Source: Eutreptiella sp. 'Long Island Sound 2002'
Taxonomy: Eukaryota > Protista > Euglenida
Assembly (NCBI GenBank): GCA_964036045.1
Contig: OZ038378.1
Span: 7,874,001 to 7,938,000 of the forward strand
Reading direction: 5' to 3'
Length of the DNA stretch: 64,000 nt
The notes below the pieces were generated by a model that did not search any database, was not told where the DNA came from, and saw only the letters and a program-made list of their open reading frames with translations. Position 1 is the stretch's first letter. Each line of letters begins with the position of its first letter. Position numbers and translations under genes: made by a program. Positions 22,618-31,257 of the stretch are shown here, one piece after another.

Positions 22618-24163
22618 AGCGCACACACGTGAACATCAACAGTGCCGCGCAACAGCAGGTGGGGGTACAGGCAGACTCTGGCGCTGGGAAACAGGATCAA
22701 GGCAGCACTCATTGGTAGGCACCCAGAACACCTCCGCCGTGCTGGGGGACGGTATCCATGGCATTGCATGCAGCATGCGGGAGCGGGGGGTATGCAACAA
22801 ACCCCATTGCAGGTGAGCTGCGATAACTGGCAAAAAAAAAAGGAATCGCAATCCTCAATGATTGTCCCTTCCCCGATCACATCATAAAAGCAATTTCGAA
22901 CCGGCCGGGGCGGGGGGGGGGGCTTCCATAAGGCAAACAAAAGGTCTCGTTCATTTACGCCGCACCCAACAAACAAACCGACACGAAGAAGGCAACCAGG
23001 CACTACAAACAGCAAAATTCCAAAGCGCCCAGTTACACATCCATGTGAAATGTGCCACTGGCGAAAAGACAAGACACGGACCTTCATGCACAGTCGGTGC
23101 TTCATGAACAAAATTGTTAAGCGCCGGCGGTTAGCAGCCAGACGGCGGCAAAGAGAGCTGTCCTGCAGGGGCTCTCCTTAGTGAAGATACCATAAAAAAG
23201 ATCTGGCTGTCAATAGACTCCTCGACAGGCGGCCTGTACTCTGGGCCTGGCTTCGCGTTGGAATTAGGGGCTTACGTGTCGGGCCGGACACCCCCCGCCC
23301 TCGGGACCCCCCATCCACACCGACGGTGAACAATAACGAACAACCCACTGGGGCCCCAGGGGCGCCTGGAAGACTATTCCGGCCTTTGTGGACCAGGGTG
23401 CACAATTTGTTCCCCCATGTCCCCCATTTCCCCATCTTCCCTCATTTCCCCCCCATGGCCCCGCATTCCCCCCATTTTGTAGTGGATGGTGAAAGGGGAT
23501 GGTATCCCCCGACTTGTGTATATTCGAAATGCTCCGAACGAAACGGAGAATTCAGAAATCACGCCAAAACCCACAAGAAATCCCCCCCCCCTCTGGACCC
23601 TCCTGCCCACGCCGCGGGGTTTCGGGCCGGAACTGTACTGCACCCTGGTTGGAATGCTTTGGGGGCACCCAATACACCCCCAGAGAAGGGCCATACCTGT
23701 CGGTCGGCGATGGCAGTGTGGAGGGAGTAGAACATCAAACCAACGCCCGCAGCGCCGCTGTACACCCGCAGATCGGCCGCGCTTTCGCTGGGCGGCAGCA
23801 TTGCCTCCCGTACGGCAGCCTCCAGCTGCACCAGTGCCTTGTGGATCGCGGGCGTCGCCCCTTCGAGGGTGTTGAACACTGAGCGGAGACGGGGCAGCGC
23901 TCCAGTAGTGATCCAAGTGTACCCAACCAGGTGGTCTCCCACCCGAGTGCCGGCAGCTGGTGACCGGGCTTCACTTCCGAAACCGGAAGTCATCAGAGCA
24001 CATCAAGCGGGGAGTGACCGCCGCGCCAGGTCTGAACCGGATGGACGCACTTCCAGCCACACCAACAACCGCATGCAACCCAAGCCCAAACGCACCCCCA
24101 CGACAATCAAACCCCTGAACAACCCACGTCTACTGCTGAACCCAAACCAATACCCAGGCCCAT
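12496..24163 (-). CDS. LANCL: LanC-like protein (lanthionine synthetase C-like), 9 exons, 1200 bp, 399 aa: complement(join(24154-24163, 23697-23878, 22325-22422, 21372-21532, 20870-20940, 17756-17914, 16427-16553, 15043-15230, 12496-12699))
   Basis: Ordered LanC repeats are present: VYSGAAG, SFLHGKAG, LMYGRAGYLYALLF, GCLHGLAGILY, QWCDGAAG, GLCHGLSG, PYSLFGGAAG, and the C-terminal LFPALDCP. All eight introns are GT-AG and the phases match (1,0,2,1,0,0,1,0). Confidence 0.9.
14254..14722. mobile_element. MITE with ~42-bp imperfect TIRs and 8-bp TSD GACGACAC (hAT-like)
   Basis: Ends are cacggggggcccgtctcctcg... and ...cgaggacacggcccccccgtg. gacgacac lies at 14246-14253 and at 14723-14730. Second family member is at 47170-47746. 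Confidence 0.8.
15043..15230 (-). CDS. LANCL: LANCL exon 8 (LVLLFCK...VVWEHGLLLGGVGLCHGLSG...NDQ)
   Basis: Acceptor gtttcag|GT and donor CAG|GTACCC. Contains the Zn-binding CHG motif. Confidence 0.9.
16066..16175. repeat. Compound (CA)n/(CT)n microsatellite
   Basis: Directly visible. Confidence 0.95.
16427..16553 (-). CDS. LANCL: LANCL exon 7 (TPADLSDIAGAVGYVL...AQWCDGAA)
   Basis: Acceptor actgcag|ACG and donor G|GTGTGT. WC-x-G supplies the first Zn-ligand Cys. Phases fit both neighbours. Confidence 0.85.
17756..17914 (-). CDS. LANCL: LANCL exon 6 (EVANKILADG...GCLHGLAGILYVLLEAREYL)
   Basis: Acceptor cctgcag|GAG and donor CTG|GTGTGC. Contains the catalytic HG motif. Confidence 0.9.
20870..20940 (-). 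CDS. LANCL: LANCL exon 5 (GYLYALLFINRSTGRGMVPATVVK)
   Basis: A long CT-rich tract precedes ttgcag|GG. Donor is AAG|GTGCCG. Confidence 0.9.
20951..21075. repeat. GA/GGGA microsatellite that forms the polypyrimidine tract of the LANCL exon 5 acceptor on the minus strand
   Basis: Directly visible, immediately upstream of the acceptor. Confidence 0.85.
21372..21532 (-). CDS. LANCL: LANCL exon 4 (SFLHGKAGVHAVAAV...DSLMYGRA)
   Basis: Acceptor ctcctcag|C and donor G|GTGTGT. Confidence 0.9.
22325..22422 (-). CDS. LANCL: LANCL exon 3 (ERTQYRQYAQQYGQACAASVATDTADEVGSDI)
   Basis: Acceptor ccgtgcag|GAG and donor AG|GTGTGT. It is the only candidate found that gives the required phase 0 to phase 2 link. 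Confidence 0.75.
22562..22615. repeat. (CA)n microsatellite
   Basis: Directly visible. Confidence 0.95.
23697..23878 (-). CDS. LANCL: LANCL exon 2 (VFNTLEG...DLRVYSGAAGVGLMFYSLH...RQ)
   Basis: Acceptor ccgctcag|TG and donor CAG|GTATGG. Contains the first LanC GxxG repeat. Confidence 0.85.
24154..24163 (-). CDS. LANCL: LANCL putative coding exon 1 (ATG GGC CTG G), with a splice acceptor 15 nt upstream at 24179-24180
   Basis: Context is ctccacctcctccgtag|AGCGATTCCGCGGGC ATG GGC CTG G|GTATTG. Phase 1 fits exon 2 and gives a 399-aa total. Confidence 0.6.
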
Positions 24164-24781
24164 GCCCGCGGAATCGCTCTACGGAGGAGGTGGAGACTAT
24201 GTACATGTGCCGGTCGGTACTCCCGGAGGTGCGCTCGGTGAGAGTGGGATGCGGATTCGGGTTTCCCCCCAGATTACGACACCTCCATTTCCAAACATTC
24301 AAAAAAAATTCATTGGCGGTCTTCGGTCTGATGTGGGAAATACAACAAAGGGCCACGGGTTTCCGGACCCCCAAGTTCCCGGGGGAGGGGGTGGAGTTCG
24401 GTCTGAGCCGCGTGTAGCAGGAGATGCAGGCCAAAAGCTGGGCCCGATTTGGGACATGGCCTTCAGATGCTGCTGCTCTCTCGGCAGTTGGCGGCGTCAA
24501 TCGACTTGTCGCCACTCACAACGATGCACCACGCCGCTGTGTTCTCCCACGGATTCTGTTTCTCGATGGTGGCGGGTCGTGGCACCACCACAGGCCTTGG
24601 GGTGGGGGTGGGGGGTCACAACAGGATCGCCCAATCGCGCTTGATTCGAGGCATAAATGCTGGGGGCATTCTGTTGTTAGAGTGCGGTACCGTCGTGCCC
24701 TCCCCCCCCCCCCGTTTTGAAGGGGGGTATTTGGTAAAACTTAGTACCGGACGAGGTAACACTTAGTAAAATTTGGTAAAA

Positions 24782-24874
24782 CTTAGTAGAAACGAGGTAA
24801 AACCTAGTAAAATAATTTGTTTCAAATTTTTTTTAAATTTTTTGTTTGCTAAGTTTTACCTCGCTTCTACTAAG
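24782..24874. repeat. 26-bp inverted repeat (24/26 identical) around an AT-rich loop
   Basis: cttagtagaaacgaggtaaaacctag (24782-24807) pairs with ctaagttttacctcgcttctactaag (24849-24874). Additional direct copies of ggtaaaacttagta lie from 24732. Confidence 0.85.
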
Positions 24875-25938
24875 CCCCCCCCCCCCCCAACCGGCCGTTT
24901 GAACCAAGGTAGTCAACACTTCAATGGTAGGTGGTACTTTTGTTTAAGGGCACAAGGCCCCCGAGTCGACTCCCGGCCACTTGTGTTAGTGGCGCCCCAC
25001 CCAGGCCAAACCATCATGGACACCAATTAGTTGGCACTTGGCCAACATCTGTGCCAACTACTTACAAGTAGTTACAAAAGACACGCCAAAAATCAAGTCG
25101 GCTTCATTATCCGCATGCCTCGGTTTGGCTGCCACTGTGGGATTATGGGTGCACATCCCAAACAAAGCCGTTTTCAATTCCCCTTGCAGCTTGAAGCAAG
25201 ATTCTTGGTCATTTTGCAATTGACCATCAGCATTTTGGGGATATTGAGGAGGCACTGCATACGACTTGCGACGGATCCACACACCACGACGGGTGTTAAC
25301 AGCAAAAGCAGCAACAACAGCAGGCACAACTAGGACGGGTGTCAACAGCAGAAGCGGCACAACAGCAGAAGCAACAGCAACAACAGCAATATTGGCGCAA
25401 CCCAACGCACATCTCCAATTGACACAAGATTGACGCATGCAAGGCACAATGAAGAACCTTACATTCGTGGCAGGCGATGTGAGGTGTGCCATCACGAGAA
25501 AAGCATGTGTCAACGAGGTCGACAGATTTGGGTTCAGGTTACATCCGAGACACCTACTAATGTACTGCTGGGGTCCTTGGGGTGGAGGCTGACTTTGAAG
25601 GACTAAAGTACAGAGTAGCTTTAGCCATTTCACGCGCCAACCACAATCGAGATTGTGGCACTTGCAATGTGCCCTTGACAACGCGCCGAGATGGCAACTG
25701 ACACCATCTATCTTCTGGATGAAGGTGGAATGCAGGGGTGCAATTGCAAATGCAAGGGCACCGAAAGCATCCAAAATCTTTGACCACTTCTTCCGCTGCT
25801 GTGGTTCAACGCCTTCTCGCTCGGCAATCAAATCCAGAACAGCCAACTCTTCCTTGTTTGCCCCAACAATGTGTGGCCGGTCACACATTGGGTCAAACTT
25901 AAGGTAGAGGTATTCGCGGACTCGTAGCGCAGCACAAT

Positions 25939-26412
25939 CCCTAACCCCAACTCAAGGGGCCATGCAACAAAGCGTGGATCGAGAGTCCCTCACCCCAACT
26001 CAAGGGGCCACACAACAAAGCGTGGATTGCAAGTCCCTGACCCCAACTCAAGGGGCCACACAACAAAGCGTGGATTGCCAGTCCCTAACCCCAACTCAAG
26101 GGGCCACACAACAAAGCGTGGATTGAGAGTCCCTAACCCCAACTCAAGGGGCCACGCAACAAAGCGTGGATTGCCAGTCCCTAACCCCAACTCAAGGGGC
26201 CACACAACAAAGCGTGGATTGCAAGTCCCTGACCCCAACTCAAGGGGCCACGCAACAAAGCGTGGATTGCCAGTCCCTAACCCCAACTCAAGGGGCCACG
26301 CAACAAAGCGTGGATTGCAAGTCCCTAACCCCAACTCAAGGGGCCACACAACAAAGCGTGGATTGAGAGTCCCTAACCCAAACTCAAGGAGCCACGCAAC
26401 AAAGCACGGATT
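25939..26412. repeat. 48-bp minisatellite, 10 copies, each starting with a CCCTAA-like hexamer
   Basis: Unit ccctaaccccaactcaaggggccacacaacaaagcgtggattgcaagt. Starts at 25939, 25987 and so on to 26371. Confidence 0.95.
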
Positions 26413-29400
26413 TCAGAGCGGGGGGACAATATCAGAAATGGCCCACAAGTGGGCCCAGTGGCAGTCAGAAGTGGGAAAACTTATTTTTTGGGGTAAGTAA
26501 ATTACTTAGTAGAAAAAAAATTTTACGAAGTAAATTACTTAGTAAAAAAACCACCCCCAGAGGAAAAACATAGTAAATATTGACCCGCTGTCCCACACTT
26601 TGCGTGCCCGGTCGGTCTGGGGACCTGAACAGTCATCGCTGACATCCGTTGCCTCAAGCCCGTCCCGTCGGTCGTGCTGCTCTTTCCTTCCTCTGTCTCG
26701 TGTTTTCGGTGACCAACACCCTGTAGGCTGCTCCCTCGGCTGTTGTTATTATTTGGGTCTCGATTGGGTGCTGAGGCTGTCCTCGGCGGCGGCCTGAATG
26801 CCTGTAATGTATTGTATCAGTGCTTACACAAATTGCAGGGCCCATTAATCAAGCTCTGCCCAAAGACTGCTCCAACAATAGAAAGCCATATTGTATTATG
26901 TGTGACATCTCACACAACACAATACACAAGGTTCCCACATGGCGTGGGTGGCAGGCACAGGTGAAGATCCCAAGGGCGGCCTCAGAGCCGCTTGTACGTG
27001 TGGCTCGAGTCCATCGTGTTGCTGGCGCCCTGTTGGCTTTCCCGTGCGGCCTTTTGTGGCGAACGGTGCCACCCTCTCCCAGCCCTGCACCACTGGCACC
27101 GGCTGTGCACCAGATTGGGAAGGATGCACAACGGCCACTGGGGACACCATGAAGTGGGGTATACCCAACAGCCCCAGCCCTGCCCACATGAGGACGCGGA
27201 TGTCAGTGGCAGGTCCTGAGCTTGCGGGGCGTACGGCACGAGAAGTGTGGCATGGGGGGGCATCCACAAGAACTGCGTATCGTGGGCATGAGCCCCAGCC
27301 CCGCCGTTATGAATGGGGCATTGTCAAAGGGAAACCGATTGCAGTATGAGAGACACTTGCTGGAGCGCTGTCACAGGCATGCCGATCCCATGGCGTATGC
27401 ACTGCACGGTGGATGAATGGGTCGTGGACGTGGACGTGGAGATCTACCTTCGCACACTACAATGAACTGGTGGAGGGATTGGGTGCAGTCGTATGTAGAC
27501 AGGACGATCGGCTTTGAGTTGTAGAGGCCCTCCGGTGAGGCCATGCATAGTCCAATGGCTTCCTTTGGGCTGTATACTGCCTCATGATCTGGGCAGCCCT
27601 GATGATTGGGCTTGGGGTGGGGGCTCAGGCTTTGCTATTTGGTGGCCTAAACACCTCGCACCTCCTGCCCGCCTTCCAGCCCCTTCCATGAGACCGCTGC
27701 TGGGGCCGCACAGCCCTCCCCCGGGCCCCAGCCCTTCCGCCGAAAGTCGTCGGCCTCTGTGGTGCGCGTTCTGAGCGGAGTCTTGGGGCCGTGCGCGCGT
27801 TTGACTCCGCGGACCACGCCCCCCCCGCTGTGGCGCGACAGCCCTTCCGCAGCCGAGGCCTTTGCACCGCAATGCCCCAAGGGTAGACTCGGGGCTGTGG
27901 GTCCGGCCCCCCTCCCTCCCTCCCTCCCTCCCGCCTCCCTCCCTCTCCCCCATCCCCTGCATTGGGGCCCTGTGGCCCCTCGCCTTTGACAGTCCGACGT
28001 CCCCGGTGGCACGTCCACTCAGGCACAGCGCAGGGCAGGGGACCCCTGGCACACCCGGTTTCAATGTGTTAGGCATGGCCGACCGCGGGGCTTTGCACAT
28101 GTCCTCGAGACGCAGCTCCGTGACCCGGAACGACCCAAAGTCCGAGACCTGAGGCATGGAGGCCGCAACAGACGATTGGCAAATCCTTTGCGGAAGACGG
28201 CGGACGGCCATTCATGGGTAGTGGGCGGTTGAGGGCGAGGGCACTGCGCAGGCCATTGCTGAAGGACCGCCCCCCCCAAAAGGTGGGGGGGCTGCATCAA
28301 GGCTGAGGGAGTATGCCGGTTGGTACCAGACGTGCCGCTGGCATCTGGCAGGGAAACTGGTTCTCAATAATAATGGGCAAAGGGGGGGCGGCCTGTTCGA
28401 ATGGAGACACCCAACTGTGTTGAAGAACTGTGGGGAGTCCGAAGGTGGGTGTTGGTGGTGGGGGGGGGAAGGCACCCGGGGGGACTTTGGGGGGGTCTTG
28501 GAGAGGGGGGTATGACCTAGATTATGTGAGAGATATTGAACTAAAAAGAGAGAGAATCAGAAACAGAGCAGCAAACAGACAGAGGTAATGCACTCCTCAG
28601 CATGGCATAAATGCATCTTTATTCTCTATGCCATACCTGGTTGAACCTCAATAAAACAGGCAGTACAGACATCAGACCAGGCGTCCCTGGTCGTCACAAC
28701 AGTTGACCTGCACATTCAGTGCAGTAGTGCAAATAATGAAAAGTGGCAGAAGACAGAGAAATACAGAGGGGCTCTGTGGGCTTGGAGAGGGGGGGGGGGG
28801 GTCCATATTCGAACAGGCCGCCCCCCTTGACAATGGGCCGCATATCAAAGGCCACTCAGGTCACCTGCCCCCTGGACCACCAGAACTCGGTAGGAGCGTG
28901 CTGCGTCCAGTGTGTGGCTCAGTGGGACCCTGCTCCATCCGATCATGTCTGGGAGATGCGAGTGGCAAGTCTGGTCGGGACTTCTGGGTGCATATGCGTG
29001 TTCGCCTTCTGAGGAGGGAATCCTCCGCAGGAGGATGGGTCGGCTATCCACCCATTAAATGGGTTGGGGGGTGAAGGGGGCGGGTCCAAAAATTGCCAGA
29101 CGTGGGGAGCCCGCTTATGACGCCACCGCAAACAGGTTCAGGGGCTGCCCCACACGCTGGCATCATGACTTTGGGGGTGTTTTGCCCGCAGGCACATATC
29201 TCGATTTTGTTGACTGGAAGGGGGGGCTCTGGTTTGGAGGCCACTACAGGGCCGCCTCCTCACCCTTCCCGTATTCAGGGCCCGGGGTCGCTAGACCGGA
29301 GGAAGGGTGGGGAGTGTTCCAAGCGGTGCCAGGGATGGCTGATGCTGTGCAGCACAACATGTGGGCTGGGAAGGGGGGGGGGGGGGGCATTTGGGGTCCT

Positions 29401-29579
29401 GGCAAACCCCAGCGGACCGACGCACACACCCACGTCAATGCAGCGCCTATGCAGTAGAGTCATCACCATGAGGCAAGCGACCTTGGAGTTTGCCGACTTT
29501 CAGTGATAGGCTCTCACGATCGAGTCAATTTGCGGATTGGAATGTACCCCCTCCCCCCTCTACGCGCTGCAGAGGTTCA

Positions 29580-29690
29580 CTTTTGGCGACAGCACGCGGA
29601 ATCGAATTTAAGCACAAACAACCGTCTTCTTTGAAGCAGCATGGCCTTGCCTGTACGATCGCCATTCGGAAGTGTCCAGAGTTTTGCTCA
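29580..29690 (+). pseudogene. Possible degenerate LTR-retrotransposon integrase core fragment
   Basis: ARGIEFKHKQPSSLKQHGLA loosely resembles the rve GI-x-H...P..P..NG.AE segment. There is no intact context. Confidence 0.25.
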
Positions 29691-30262
29691 AGGGGGGGGG
29701 GGGGGGCACGAGACCCTGAGTTTTTGTGGGGCCTTTTTCTTCACTTAGAACAGGTGACAATAAACTGACTCAAACTCCCTGGTTCCAGTATACCAACAAA
29801 TACCAGGGAACAGACAGGCAGAGAACTAATTCGCATTGCCATCCCTGACCGTCCTTGTTACCCGATGGATATTTCGGCCAAATCCCTTGAGGGGCGGGGG
29901 GGGTTTGAAGAGGGGGAGGAGGAGGAGGAGGTGCTGCCGGCGATCGGCGCGGGCCCCGTGCCAGCAGATAGCCGGGAAAGGGTGCCCACTCCCCGTGTCT
30001 CCACCACACGGATAGGGATGCAAGAGCACAGACTAGACTTGCCACATCCATCCCGGGCGTAGGATGAATTGGGCCTGGTCTAGTCTCCGAACGAACGCCC
30101 CTGCTGAACCGGGATACCTCGGTGATAGATCCAACCTGGGGCTGGAACCTTGGTCAAGCGGACGCATACAGGCCCCCTCTAGGCGACTTGTTTGATCGTC
30201 GGACGCCGACGGTAGGTATTCGTGGACCTTGGTGACAGCTAGAGTCGTGCAAAACGCAGCTG

Positions 30263-30565
30263 AGCGTGCAAGGCGCAGATGGTGTACCAAAGCGGGTCCC
30301 CACCAGATAGGTGTTCATGGGACGGCCGCCCCATCCCCCGCTTGTAGATAGAGAGCAAAGCGTGCAAAGCGCAGATGGTGTGCCAAAGCGGGTCCCCACC
30401 GGATAGGTGTTCACGGGATACCCGCCCCACCACCCGCTTGTAGACAGAGAGCAAAGCGTGCTAAGCGCAGGTGGTATACCAAAGCAGGTCCCCACCGGAT
30501 AGGTGTTCACGGGATGCCCGCCCCACCATACGCTTGTAGACAGACAAGAGGAAAGCGTGCAAAGC
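30263..30565. repeat. 96-bp tandem repeat, about 3 copies
   Basis: gcgcagatggtgt.ccaaagcgggtccccacc.gataggtgttca recurs at about 30274, 30370 and 30466. Confidence 0.85.
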
Positions 30566-31257
30566 ACAAATAGCTGGGAAAGGCGACAACGTTCCCGCTT
30601 GCTGAGCAGAGGTGGACACCGTTATCCACCGCCAAATCCCCGGTACGTGGAGAGAGCCCCCGTGCCCGCGACCCGATCGCTCTAGCGCCTAGCATCACGG
30701 CGTGGCGCGTAGCCTACGGGGAACTAGCTGAAGATCTGCTGCGCATAGCGAAGCCGCGGCCTTGAGGCTGCCCCATTGTTCCGGTCTGTTCGCGCTAGGG
30801 CGACCCCACCATGCCTCCACACCACGTCAAGGTGCCCGGCCCCAGGGGTTGGAGGTTGGAGGGGGTGGAGCGGGGGGGGGGGGGTTAGACCCCCCCTACC
30901 CCAAAGAGATGCTGAGTAGTCTAGAAGTGTCCTCGAGCTGCAGCAACCACGCCATTGCTCAATGGCAAACCGCGTGGGAGGGTGAGGGGCCAGAGGCCAA
31001 AAAAAGTTTGCGCACCCAAAATCGGCCTCCAATTTGGGGCCCCTTTAATTAATTTCATTTTGTTCCCGAGGAAATGGTTCCTTCTGTGCCGAGGCACACT
31101 CATGGCACGGTTTGCGTATGCGAACATGTTCCTGCTTCTTCAAAAGCCAAAGCTTCATGACGCCCCGCTGCACGCGCAGTCAGCAACATCAACACATGCG
31201 CAAACTGGCAAAAATTCCACCTCTGAACGGCGCTACCTCCGTCCAAGCTTCCCATTC

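Noticed and set aside
12700-24153. Euglenid non-conventional (non GT-AG) introns
   Set aside because: All eight LANCL introns resolve with canonical GT-AG ends and consistent phases. None needs a non-canonical junction.
12496-24163. Lanthipeptide (RiPP) biosynthetic cluster or bacterial HGT island
   Set aside because: The gene is a stand-alone, spliceosomal-intron-containing eukaryotic LANCL. No LanB/LanM/LanA-like genes are visible.
24162-24644. Divergent plus-strand gene head-to-head with LANCL (160-aa ORF)
   Set aside because: There is no recognisable motif, it overlaps the LANCL first exon and acceptor, and no supporting splice partners were found.
25990-26500. 16-aa repeat proteins on both strands
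   Set aside because: They are a by-product of a 48-bp unit lacking stops. There is no start or splice context or flanking domain.
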